A DNA stretch of 64,000 nucleotides from contig NC_043024.1 of NCBI RefSeq assembly GCF_006345805.1, positions 4,154,001 to 4,218,000 of the forward strand. Reading direction: 5' to 3'. A program made the position numbers and the translations under genes. The stretch's first letter is position 1, and the number at the start of each line of letters is the position of its first letter. Below, in pieces: positions 35,640 through 47,988 of the stretch. The stretch is from Octopus sinensis (Eukaryota). The notes beneath the pieces are model-generated. The model searched no databases, had not been told where the DNA came from, and saw only the letters and a list, made by a program, of their open reading frames with translations.

Positions 35640-36190
35640 TATAATAATAATGAAATTATTGTATACAGTGCTCAGGTGCACCACAACTTGTCAGAAAGTG
35701 CGTATAAAGTATATGCAGTAATGTACAAATGTCTGGGAAGTGAACAATGTATGAGTCAGATACATGCTTGTGTGTGTATGGAGGGGAGAAAATCAGGCGT
35801 AGTGTTGGCGAATCTCAGGAAGCATGGAAGTTTTGAAGGATGCAGTGCTCCGACAACTAACAACTGATGCTGGCAGTTTGTTCCATGCCTCAGCGTGTGT
35901 ATGGAGGGGAGAAAATCAGGTGTAGTGTTGATGAATCTCAGAAAGCATGGAAGTTTTGAAGGATGCAGTGCTCCGACAACTAACAACTTTTCCGAAAGAA
36001 AATTTAATTATTTTAATAATAATGATAATGAAATTATTGTATACAGTGCTCAGGTGCATCACAGTTTGTAAGAAAGTGCATATAAAGCATATGCAGTAAT
36101 GTACAAATGTCTGGAAAGCGAACAATGCATGAGACAGATACATGTTTGCGTGTGTATGGAGGGGAGAAAATCAGGTGTAGTGTTGGCCGG
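35640..36190 (-). mobile_element. Rearranged CR1-like family 2 3' ends
   Basis: Two tails plus an internal duplication. Confidence 0.85.
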
Positions 36191-36369
36191 CCACATAATG
36201 CAGGAGCGAGTCCTGATCAAATTATAACCATGGAAACAGACACATGCACGTGTAATAGCTTTCTCTAAAGCTACTAAAATTTGTTGGTGCTTATACAAAA
36301 GGATGAAATAAATACTAATTTCCAGAAGAAACGTATTTTATTACATTTAAATGAAATTTTATAAAAAAA

Positions 36370-36420
36370 ACTAGCAGAGATACCCGGCGTTGCCAGTCTT
36401 ACATACAATTGAAGAATTAG
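36370..36420 (+). mobile_element. Possible Helitron-like terminus
   Basis: ctagcagagatacccggcgttgcc motif only. Confidence 0.3.
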
Positions 36421-36984
36421 ACTTTTCTGTTATATTTTCTGTAATGAACTGGAATATCTATGTTTCCAATGTCATCAAAATTGCAGATGAGGGTTATTTC
36501 CCTCTTTACACACTCTAAAAAAATTATAATCGTGCCACATGTATCCCACACTACTGATTTTTATGCGCATATTCCAAAATTCCAGTTTTATTGAACCTGT
36601 TAAAAGGATTTTGCACCTGAAAAATGAAGGTCATGGAGCTCTAAAATGTGAGAGTTAAGGCCCCTCTTGGGGGTGGGTGTCTTAATGTCAACCAGAGAAG
36701 TTGAATTGTTGAGAATCTTTGGGTCTTATATCTATTGTTTGAATTTCTTTGAAATAGGAAATGTATGTTCACTGGGTTTGTAAAAGAGAGCAAAGCTACA
36801 GGAAACCAAAGGACGAATGATCACAATAAGCAGTCAGCTACCCTACCCTAGTAGTTACCATTCCCAGTGTAGGATTCCTCACCATATCACCATCCAGGTG
36901 ACAGGCACAGTCGTAAGATGCATTACGAATGTATAGCAATTGGAAGGGCGTGACCCAACTGAAATAAACATTAATAACTGTGTG

Positions 36985-37190
36985 ACATGAGGGCTAATTA
37001 GAAATGTAGGAAGATCAGTTATGATTTTATTCAACATATTCCTCTCTCTGATTCACACACTTATTGCAGTGATCCTTCAGTTTTTTTGCTAAACCCTGTA
37101 AAAGAACTCTGAAGGTTGCACTTCCAACTAGGCCTTTCGCGATACCCTCAAAGCAAGGAACTTTTCAGCAACCCCCATGTATGTGCACTC
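36985..37190 (-). mobile_element. Mariner-like remnant
   Basis: tacatgggggttgctgaaaagttcc end and KDHCNKCVNQREEYVE-stop, resembling a mariner C-terminus. Confidence 0.45.
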
Positions 37191-37578
37191 CTCCTGCACT
37201 TCATGTTAATTCTCTCTCTTGCCACACAATGAAAAGTGTGAATGGAGACTTCAACCAATCAACATATATATGAGGCAAGCTATTACCAATCAGAAATAAA
37301 ATGAAAATAGGGTTTATAATTAGCAATACCCAATTGATACTTCCATTCAGTATACCATTCATTTAGAATTTTCTTGGTTGTTCTCTTATCTTGAAGACTT
37401 GACTTCAACGCTGGCAAAAAATTATCAAAAACTGTGTTTTTAGGCAGCCAACATCTAAGCTTTGACATCACAAACGAAAGATTGAAATTACCAAAACATC
37501 CACGGAACCTACAAAATGAAAAAATATGATTACATATATGTAATGCTCTCTTTTACAAACTCAGTGAACATATATGAT

Positions 37579-37972
37579 AGGCGCAGGAGTGGCTGTGTGG
37601 TAAGTAGCTTGCTAACCAACCACATGGTTCCAGGTTCAGTCCCACTGCGTGGCATCTTGGACAAGTGTCTTCTGCTATAGCCTCGGGCTGACCAATGCCT
37701 TGGGAGTGGATTTAGTAGACGGAAAATGAAAGAAGCCTGTCGTATATATGTATATATATATGTGTGTGTGTTTGTGTGTCTGTGTTTGTCCCCCTAGCAT
37801 TGCTTGACAACCGATGCTGGTGTGTTTACGTCCCCGTCACCTAGCGGTTCGGCAAAAGAGACCAATAGAATAAGTACTAGGCTTACAAAGAATAAGTCCC
37901 GGGGTCGATTTGCTCGACTAAAGGCGGTGCTCCAGCATGGCCGCAGTCAAATGGCTGAAACAAGTAAAAGTG
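37579..37972 (+). mobile_element. SINE family A
   Basis: Full copy. Confidence 0.9.
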
Positions 37973-38110
37973 TGAGAGAGAGTTACTAAAACCAAGCTAC
38001 TAGAATGTTCTAATTATCTCAAATGTAGGGAGCAATGTTTTCAGGTTCCTCTAAGCAACGTATGGAGATAGCTTTATTAAACAATATTTTGTTATAAATA
38101 TTATTTTCTG

Positions 38111-38523
38111 GGATCTTTTCACTTTGACCGGCAGATTTTTAAAAATAATTTCTTTGTAACTAAAAAATTTTAAACTTCGTATACTGGTAGTATGTGTTTA
38201 TAAAACATCTTTTTCTCTTGGCTTTATTGATAAAATTCTATAGTTTGTAAGATATTTGTTGTTTTTTCTTCAATTTCTGCAATTTCAACCAATCACTGAC
38301 GTCCATTGAGGTAAAAAAAACATTGTGCCGTATGAATATGTCCCTCGTTTAAGAAACAGATTGGGTTTATTTACATTTGTGAAGAAAAAAAAAGATACCC
38401 TTCCCCCCACCCCTAACCCTAAAACAGATTGAAATGCAATAGATCGATACTAGGGTCATAATTATGGGTGACAATTTCATATGACACTACTAGAAAAAAC
38501 TGCCGTTCAAACCAAAAAGATCC
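38111..38523. mobile_element. GGATC-MITE
   Basis: Perfect 8-bp TSD ATTTTCTG. Confidence 0.9.
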
Positions 38524-39517
38524 ATTTTCTGAATTGAATTTATTTTGGAAAAAATAAGATTTGTACAAATAGTATAGCTAATTTAAGATTTAGGTCTAAC
38601 AAATCTGCTTCCCAATCAAGTGGTTCTAGGTTCAATCCCACTGGATGGTAACTTCAGAAATTTGTGGTCAGAAACTGAAAGAAGCCTTTTGTGTGTGTGT
38701 GTTTGTTTATTAAGAAAAAAAAGGTGGTCAAGATTTGAATAAAAACTATTCATTTAGCACTTTTACCCCTTTCAGGGATTTCTGTCTTTGTGTTTGTCCC
38801 CTTCCTTTATTTGTCCCCTTCCTAAGTTACATCCATGTAACTTAGCAGTTCAGCAAAAAGTGACTAACAGAATAAGTACACGTAAAAGCACCCACTTCAC
38901 TCTCGGAGTGGTTGGCATTAGGAAGGGCATCCAGCTGTAGAAACACTGCCAGAACAAGATTGAAGCCTGGTGCAGCCATCTGGTTCGCCAGCCCTCAGTC
39001 AATCGTCCAACCCATGCCAGCATGGAGAACAGACGTTAAACGATGATGATGATGATATATATGTGCAGGAGTGGCTGTGTAGTAAGAAGTTTACTTCTCA
39101 ACCATATGGTCCTGGGTTCAGTCCCACTGAGTGGTACCTTGGGCAAGTGTCTTGAGCCAACTGAAGCCTTGTGAGTGAATTTGGTAGACGGAAACTGCAA
39201 GAAGCCTGTCATGTATTTTATATGTATGTGTGTGGACAGTGGACGTTAAATGATGATGATGAAGTACTGAGGCTGATTTGTTTGATTAAACCCTGCAAAG
39301 TGGTGGCCCCAGCAAGGCTGCTGTCCAATGACTGAAACAAGTAAAAAAATAAGAGAAAAATGCAAATATTTTATCACAAATTTTTACATAAATTTCTCAG
39401 TAATTTGTTCTTTCTGCTTCCATTTCTAGAGAATTCTTCAAACAAACCATTTCAATATTGTCTCCGTTGTGTGTGTTTGTTCTAATTACTATGACACACA
39501 AATGATTCCCCACAGAT

Positions 39518-40913
39518 TCAACAATTAGGTTTTTCACCTGTGTGTCTTCGTTTATGTTTATTTAAGTCATTTTTACAGGTAAATGATTTCTCACAGGTGT
39601 CACAATGATACGGCCTTTCTCCAGTGTGGCTACGAATGTGAACAATAAGATCGGAATTATCGAAGTAGGATTTTCCACAGATTTCACAGTGGAATGTCTT
39701 ATCTCCAAAATGTTCCCATTTGTGTCTTTTTAAATTATAATCATTAAAGTAAGACTTGCCACATGTTTCACAATGGAAGGCTTTTTCCCCAATGTGTTGT
39801 AGTTTGTGTCTTCTTAAACTACTGCTACGGAAGAAAGATTTCCTACATGTGTCACAATGATAAGGCCTTTCTCCTGTATGACTACGAATATGAACAATAA
39901 GATCGGAATTATCGAAGAAGGATTTCCCACAGACTTCACAACAGTAGGGGACTATCCCCAGCGTGCTTTTGTTTATGTGTATTCAAGTGGCTTTTATAAG
40001 TAAACGATTTCTCACAGACATCACAATGATAGGGCCTTTCTCCAGTGTGGCTACGAATGTGGGCAATAAGATTACAATTATCAAAAAAAGATTTACCACA
40101 GATTTCACAGTGAAACGTCTTTTCCCCATCATGAATCCTTTTGTGTCTTTTTAAATCACAATTATTAAAATAAGATTTTGCACATACATCACAATGAAAG
40201 GCCTTTTCCCCAATATGTTGCAGCTTGTGCCTGGTTAAATTACTCTTACAGTAGAAATATTTCTCACAGGTTTCGCAAAAGAAGGGTTTTTCCCCCGTGT
40301 GGACTCGTTTGTGACTCGTCAAAGAACCCTTAATGGCGAACGACATTCCGCAGATCTCGCAGTGGAATCGTTTTTCTCCCGTGTGTACCGTTTTGTGTTT
40401 AGCGAGATGAGACTTCATCAGAAAAGACTGTCCGCAGATCTGGCAATTATAGAGACTTCCTTCGATGTGTTTTCTCTTGTGAACTCGAACGGACTTGGTG
40501 GTGCTGAAAGATTCTCCACACATGTTACACTGGAATGGTTTTTCTCCGGTGTGAATTGCCTTGTGAATTTTCAAGGCAGTATTCCTAGCAAAAGACTTCC
40601 CGCATGTGTCACAACGGTAAGGTTTCTCTCCCGTGTGAACCCTCTTGTGACTCGGTAAGCAACTTTTATCTGCAAATGATTTTCCACACACATCACAGTG
40701 GAAGGGTTTTTCCCCCGTGTGGGTCCGTTTGTGAATAACAAGGCAAAAATTGTACGTAAAAGATTTTCCACATATTTCACAATAAAGATTCCGCTTTGAC
40801 GATTTTTCTTTACGCGATAAAGTTTTCTTACAAGGGGATGTTCGTTTCTCATTGCCAGATGTCTGTTTAACTGAATCTATATTAAAAGTGTTCGAGTCTT
40901 TACAATCCTCCAT
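39518..40913 (-). CDS. ZNF6: C2H2 zinc-finger gene, 10 fingers + 5 more after a +1 frameshift at ~39947
   Basis: ATG 40913; ORF stops at 39936 as assembled; removing one C from CCCC opens a stop-free 143-codon frame (39946-39518) with five canonical fingers ending HTGEKPNC-stop. Confidence 0.85.
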
Positions 40914-40964
40914 ATTAACTCTGAATAAATTCTTCAAAACTATTGTCTGTAGTTATACTGTATT

Positions 40965-42400
40965 TAATAATAATAATAATGAAATTATTGTATACAGTGC
41001 TCAGGTGCACCACAACTTGTCAGAAAGTGCGTATAAAGTATATCCAGTAATGTACATATGTCTGGGAAGTGAACAGTGTATGAGTCAGATACATGCATGT
41101 GTGTGTATGGAGGGGAGAAAATCAGGTGTAGTGTTGGTGAATCTCAGGAATATTGGAAGTTTTGAAGGATGCAGTGCTCCGACAACTAACAACTGATGCC
41201 GGCAGTTTGTTCCATGCTTCAACTCTTAGCATGAAAAAATGTTTCTGAAAGAAAATTTAATTATTTTGATAATAATAATAATGAAATTATTGTATACAGT
41301 GCTCAGGTGCACCACAACTTGTCAGAAAGTGTGTATAAAGCATATGCAGTAATGTACAAATGTCTGGAAAGTGAACAGTGTATGAGTCAGATAGATGCTT
41401 GTGTGTGTATGGAGGGGAGAAAATCAGGTGTAGTGTTGGTGAATCTCAGGAAGCATGGAAGTTTTGGAGGATGCAGTGCTCCGACAACTAACAACTGATG
41501 CCGGCAGTTTGTTCCATGCTTCAACTCTTAGCATGAAAAAATGTTTCCGAAAGAAAATTTAATTATTTTGATAATAATAATAATGAAATTATTGTATACA
41601 GTGCTCAGGTGCACCACAACTTGTCAGAAAGTGTGTATAAAGCATATGCAGTAATGTACAAATGTCTGGAAAGTGAACAGTGTATGAGTCAGATAGATGC
41701 TTGTGTGTGTATGGAGGGGAGAAAATCAGGTGTAGTGTTGGTGAATCTCAGGAAGCATGGAAGTTTTGGAGGATGCAGTGTTCCGACAACTAACAACTGA
41801 TGCCGGCAGTTTGTTCCATGCTTCAGCAACTCTTAGCATGAAAAAATGTTTCCGAAAGAAAATTTAATTATTTTGATAATAATAATAATGAAATTATTGT
41901 ATACAGTGCTCAGGTGCACCACAACTTGTCAGAAAGTGTGTATAAAGCATATGCAGTAATGTACAAATGTCTGGAAAGTGAACAGTGTATGAGTCAGATA
42001 TATGCTTGCGTGTGTATGGAGGGGAAAAAATCAGGTGTAGTGTTGGCGAATCTCAGGAAGCATGGAAGTTTTGAAGGATGCAGTGCTCCGACAACTAACA
42101 ACTGATGCTGGCAGTTTGTTCCATGCCTCAGCGTGTGTATGGAGGGGAGAAAATCAGGTGTAGTTTGGCAATCTCAGGAAGCGGAAGTTTGAAGGATGCA
42201 GTGCTCCGACAACTATCAACTGATGCGGCAGTTTGTTCCATGCTTCAGCAACTCTCAGCGTGAAAAAATGTTTCCTAAAGTCATGGAAGGAGCTGTGCTG
42301 TTTTCTGACTTTGTAAACATGTCCAAGGGTGTTAGATGGGTGGAGTTTGAAAAGGTGCTCAGAGTTATTGTTTGTAAGATGGTTGATAATTTTGATAATT
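40965..42400 (-). mobile_element. Four tandem CR1-like family 2 3' ends (~302-bp period), ~50 nt upstream of the ZNF6 ATG
   Basis: Tail motif gaaattattg at 40981, 41283, 41585, 41890. Confidence 0.9.
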
Positions 42401-42692
42401 TATGGTTCAATTTCTTGGATTATGATATTTAAACCATGGGACTCTCTTTACAAGCGGAGAAAACATGCAATGTAGATATATTTTCTATACAACACCTGGG
42501 ATGTTTATTGCTGCCTGGGATATCTTAAGGTGACACATATTGTAGACAAGACTTGTATATACGTTAGTAATTGTGGATAAAGTTAAGAGAAGCTATAGTT
42601 TTAAAATAAAACGTTTGACATCACTTAAAAAGGACATTTAATTTGGATAGAAAATACGAGCATACAGACTCTTGCAGCTGTTTCTAGACTAG

Positions 42693-42728
42693 CTCCGCAT
42701 AGCTCAATCGGTAGAGCATCAGACTTTT
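42693..42728 (+). pseudogene. 5' half of tRNA-Lys(UUU), truncated in the anticodon loop
   Basis: TAGCTCAATCGGTAGAGCATCAGACTTTT matches canonical eukaryotic tRNA-Lys-TTT (as recalled) with one mismatch; no 3' half; directly followed by a SINE. Confidence 0.7.
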
Positions 42729-42730
42729 TT

Positions 42731-42968
42731 AGGCGGCGAGCTGGCAGAAACGTTAGTACGCCGGTCGAAATTCGTAGCCGTATTTCGTCTGCCGTTACGT
42801 TCTGAGTTCAAATTCCGGCGAGGTCGACTTTGCCTTTCATCCTTTCGGGGTCGATTAAATTAAGTACCAGTTACGCACTGGGGTCGATATAATAGACTTA
42901 ATCCGTTTGTCTGTCCTTGTTTGTCCTCTCTGTGTTTAGCCCCTTGTGGGTAGTAAAGAAATAGGTAT
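42731..42968 (+). mobile_element. SINE family E (GGCGAGCTGGCAGAAACG head)
   Basis: Other copies or fragments at 5296, 28545-29110 (-, tandem), 32700 (-), 45180, 48018, 50030, 55017. Confidence 0.85.
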
Positions 42969-43414
42969 GTGGATCGTCGTATTGAATAAGGATTCCATTA
43001 GCTCTGTATTATATCAACGTAGAGATGTAAAAATGAGGGAATATTCCCAGTCGAGGATATTAGTATATTCCATTTGTCAAAACTGAGGGAAGGATTAGAG
43101 TAAAATAGGAAGGCGTTGGGTAATGAATTCCATTCATTGAAAACAGAGAAAAAGACAACAACGAAATTCACCGTTAGCAGGTGCGCTGGTGTATTATATC
43201 CTCCCTCATTAAAGAGCTTCAGCAGACGATTTTTATAACGAATTACCTCCCTTACACGTTGCTAGGCGAACATTTACCGCAAATCCTCGAGTATAACCCG
43301 CATTTTTTCCTCAAACTTTATCGGTCAAAATCCCAAGTGCGTACTATACACGAGGTTAAAAATGAAAAATATTTTCTAAGCAATATCCGAGTCTCTATTT
43401 GCTGTCCGGCAATG

Positions 43415-43831
43415 GAACCTTTTCGGTTTGAACGGCAGTTTTTTTAACAATTTCTAGGTAACTAAAACATTTTAAACTTCGTATACTGATAGAATGTGTT
43501 TATAAAACATCTTTTTCTCTTGGCTTTATTGAGAAAATTCTATAGTTTGTAAGATATTTGTTTTTTTTTTCTTCAATTTCTGCAATTTCAACCAATCAAT
43601 GACATCCATTGAGGTAAAAAAACATTCTGTGCCGTATGAATATGTCCCTCGTTTAAGAAACAGATTGGGTTTATTTACATTTGTGAAGAAAAAAAGATAC
43701 CCTTTCCCCCCACCCCTAACCCTAACCCTAAAACAGATTAAAATGCAATAGATCAATACTAGGGTCATAATTATGGGTGACAATTTCATACGACACCGCT
43801 AGAAAAACTGCCGTTCAAACTGAAAAGATCT
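43415..43831. mobile_element. GGATC-MITE
   Basis: Perfect 8-bp TSD CGGCAATG. Confidence 0.9.
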
Positions 43832-44262
43832 CGGCAATGTTTATTCAGACGCATTTTGTGATGTCGGGCGCGAAAATACCTTAAGCTAAGCCTGAAAGCA
43901 ATGAAGCCATAAAAGAATCATCCATAACTTGCAGTAAGCAACATTTATTAAACGTTATTACTGTTATTTCTTTATTTTCTGCAAACAAAATGCACAAAAA
44001 AGCTACACGTTTGCATTATGTTATTTATACAATAATAATAAAGGACGTTACCGTATACAGTTTTACAAACCAAGGACATTATATATATTTATATATTTGT
44101 ATAATTCTCAAACCAAATGAATACCGAACTGAAGCAGTTTCCTAAATACTTATTCCTTTTATTACATATTTACTTCCAGCTTCCTAAAATAATTTTTATG
44201 TCTTTTAGTTGACCTTTGACCATTTGATGTTCATGTACATTTTGTAAGATTTTTCTCAAATA

Positions 44263-44665
44263 GGCGCAGGAGTGGCTGTGTGGTAAGTAGCTTGCTTACG
44301 AACCACATAGTTCCAGGTTCAGTCCCACTGCGTGGGACCTTGGGCAAGTGTCTTCTACTATAGCCTCGGGCTGACCAAAGCCTTGTGAGTGGATTTGGTA
44401 GACGGAAACTGAAAGAAGCCTGTCGTATATATGTACATATATATATATGTGTGTGTATCTGTGATTGTCTCCCCACCCAACATCGCTTGACAACCGATGA
44501 TGGTGTGTTTATGTCCCCGTAACTTAGCGGTTTGGCAAAAGAGACCGATAGAATAAGTACTAGGCTTACAAAGAATAAGTCCTGGGGTCGAGTTGCTCGA
44601 CTAAAGGCGGTGCTCCAGCATGGCCGCAGTCAAATGACTGAAACAAGTAAAAGAGTAAAGAGTAA
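44263..44665 (+). mobile_element. SINE family A
   Basis: Full copy. Confidence 0.9.
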
Positions 44666-46052
44666 AAAATATAACTTTAGTTACATATAAAAGCTGTACA
44701 CAGTGTATACACTGTGACATTTGTATAGTAAATTTGGTGCAGTTAAGAAGGGTATCCAGCTGTAGAAGACAAGCCAAAGCTGACATTGGGACCTGACATA
44801 GCCTTGTGTATTGCTGGACCCTGTCAAACAATCCGACCCATGCCAGCATTGAAAATGGACACGAAATGATGATGATGATACAAATGTGGATGTTTTGTCA
44901 TAAATTTTTACAGTAATTAGTTATTTTACTTCTATCCCTAAAGAATCATCATCATCATCATTGTTTAACGTCCGCTTTCCATGCTAGCATGGGTTGGACA
45001 ATTTGACTGAGGACCGGCGAACCAGATGGCTGCACCAGGCTTCAATCTGATCTGGCAGAGTTTCTACAGCTGGATGCCCTTCCTAACGCCAACCAGTGTG
45101 TCTTTTATGTACCACCAGCACAAGGGCCAGTCAGGTGGTACTGGCAATGTTTGGCGAAACGAGCTGGCAGAAACGTGTGGCGGCGAGCTGGCAGAAACGT
45201 TAGCACGCCGGGCGAAATGCTTAGCGGTTTTTCGCCTGCGTTACGTTCTGAGTTCAAATTCCGCCGAGGTTGACTTTGCCTTTCATCCTTTCGGGGTCGA
45301 TAAATTAAGTACCAGTTACACACTGGGGTCGATATAATCGACTAAATACCTTTGTTTGTCCCCTCTGTGTTTAGCCCCTTGTGGGTAATAAAGAAATAGG
45401 TACTGGCAATGTTTCCAAGAAATCAGCTCAATAATATTTTCCTGATGAGATCTATATTTGTTTCTTTAACAAGACACTTTTATAATAAAAATAATTTCTC
45501 TAGAAATTTCATGTCAATATAATTTTACGTTTGGATTTTCCAATCATGCTTAATGAGATAATGTCTGTAAGAAATCATTATGATAAATAACCCTGAAAAG
45601 ATGATATTTTTTTTCCAGGATGCATTAGGGGACAATAAAAGTAAAACAGAAAATACTAGGTTTACATATTTAGAATAACGCTTTTATTTCCTCCATATCT
45701 ATTCACACACAAGTTTATAATTCCCAACTGTTTTTGTAAAAGAGTGTCCTGGGTTCAGTCCCACTATGTAGCACCTTCAGCAAGTGTCTTCTACTACAGC
45801 CTCGGGATAACACAAAACCATGTATTTCTCTAGAAATTTCATGTCTAATTTTATGTTTGGGTTTTCCAATCATGCTTAATAAGAAGACAAGTTTATAATT
45901 CCTAGGTGTGTTTGTAAAAGTGTGTCTCACATATCAAGGTACATTGTAAATTGCGATACAAAATTTCAAAGAGAAACAATTCCAACGTAATTCACCATGA
46001 AAAATCTCCAATATTAAAAGATCACATTTATTACAAGGGAAGCATTCCTCAT

Positions 46053-46497
46053 GAGTGGTTGTATACTGTCAATTTAACGTGACAGTAGGGGATTACACCA
46101 CCGCTGTTTAGCCCTAGGAAGCATCGACGCTTCCTGATGGCTTCGACACATTTTTTTTTTTTTTCCTGTGTCCTTATATATTTACGAAGGGGAGACAAAC
46201 ACCCCCAGCAACCAGGCCTGCATCTAGAGACATGCATGTTTCAGGGTCTTTGCCCATCATCGGTCTAGAGTAGCAGAAGCCTGCCAGCCGCAGATATCTG
46301 TCCCGACTTCGTAAATATATATATCTAATTTTCAGTGACGTTTATTCACTGATTACCAAAAAAATGTGTCAAAGCCATCAGGAAGCGTTGATGCTTCCTA
46401 GGGCTAAATAGCAGTCACGTTGAATTGACAGTATACAACCATTCTATCGCCCCACCACCGTACATATCTCTATGAGATATTTAGAAATTTAATATTT
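46053..46497 (+). mobile_element. Second copy of the hairpin element, a few bp past the ZNF7 stop codon
   Basis: TSD CATTCCTCAT (46043-52 / 46498-507); same termini as 23019-23239; small nested TIR piece at ~46170-46325. Confidence 0.7.
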
Positions 46498-46510
46498 CAT
46501 TCCTCATGGA

Positions 46511-47988
46511 TCATAACTCTAAGGCTTTCTCAAAGTGTTTTTTACGTTTGTGTTGAGTCAAATCGCTAAGAATTACAAATGATTTCTCACAGATGTCACA
46601 ATGGTAAGGCCTTTCTCCAGAGTGACCCCGTTTATGTCTGTTCAGGTGACTACTACAGGTAAAAGCTTTCCCGCAGATATCACAAAAACAGGGCCTTTCT
46701 CCTGTGTGAGTACGAACGTGAACAATAAGGTTACAATTATCAAAGAAGGATTTTCCGCAGATTTCACAGTGAAATGTTTTTTCGCCATCATGTTTTATTT
46801 TGTGTCTTTTCAAATCACAATTATTAAAATAAGATTTACCACATAATTCGCAGTGGAATTCTTTTTTCCCAGAGTGTTGGAGTTTGTGCTTTGTCAAATT
46901 GCTTCTAGAAGAGTAATTTTTCCCACACGTTTCACAGTGGAACGGTTTTTCCCCGGTGTGGACTCTTTTGTGACCAACGAGTTGCGAATTGTTAATAAAA
47001 GATTTGCCACATGTTTCACAATCGTGAAGCTTCTCCCTCGAGTGTTTCCTTTTGTGGAGTGTAAGAAGATAGTTCTTAGCAAAAGATTTACCACATGTGT
47101 CACAATTATGAAGCTTCTCCCGAGTGTGTTTTCTCTTGTGGAGCGTAAAAAGGGAGTTCTTTGTAAACGATTTACCACATGTTTCGCAGTGGTAAGTTTT
47201 TACTTTCATGTGGCTTTTCATATGAGTAACAAGCGTTGACCTATTAATGAAGCATTTCCCACATAAATCACAAGGGTAAGGTCTCTCTCCGGTGTGTATT
47301 CGTTTGTGAATTCTTAAGGCGCTGCTAGTCACGAAAGATTTCCCACATGTGATGCACTGAAACGGTTTCTCTCCAGTATGGATTCTATTGTGATACGTCA
47401 CGGATCGGTTACTGGCAAAGGACTTTCCACATATTTCACAGCAGAATGGTTTTTCCCCGGTGTGGCTCCGTTTATGAATAATAAGGGGATACTTATACGC
47501 GAACGACTTACCACATGTTTCACAAGAATACGGCTTTTCTCCCGTGTGGCTTCGTACATGGTCAACAAGCCGAGAATTATGACTGAATAATTTACCACAT
47601 GTCTGACACGAAAAACATTTTTCGCCCGTGTGCATTTTTTTGTGAATCTTTAAATAACATTTATCCACAAATGATTTTCCACACGTGTCACACCTGTAGG
47701 GTTTTTCACCTGTGTGACTACGTTTGTGGAGGACAAGGTGAGCTTTCTGGTTCAGCAATTTCCCGCAAATTTCACATCGAAACGGTTTTTTACCCGTATG
47801 CAATCTTTTGTGCTTCGTTAAATTACTTTTATTCACAAAAGTTTTTCCGCAAATTTTACACTCAACATTACTCCGCTTTGAACTTCCGTTATCAGACAAA
47901 GGTTCCTTACCCTCGGATGTCTCTTTAACGAACCTATATCATCGGAAACGTTTGTGTCAGAAGTGTCCAACTCATTACCATCCTCCAT
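46511..47988 (-). CDS. ZNF7: C2H2 zinc-finger gene, 16 fingers, -1 frameshift at ~47929 between the N-terminal motif and the finger array
   Basis: ATG 47988 gives MEDGNELDTSDTNVSDDIGS; one base is missing relative to paralogs (tttaacgaacc vs tttaaccgaatc); restoring it joins to ORF 47899-46511. Confidence 0.85.

Noticed and set aside
42160-42240. Apparently divergent CR1 subvariant with many 1-2 bp deletions
   Set aside because: Pattern resembles low-coverage long-read consensus error; this also lowers confidence that the ZNF6 and ZNF7 frameshifts are real
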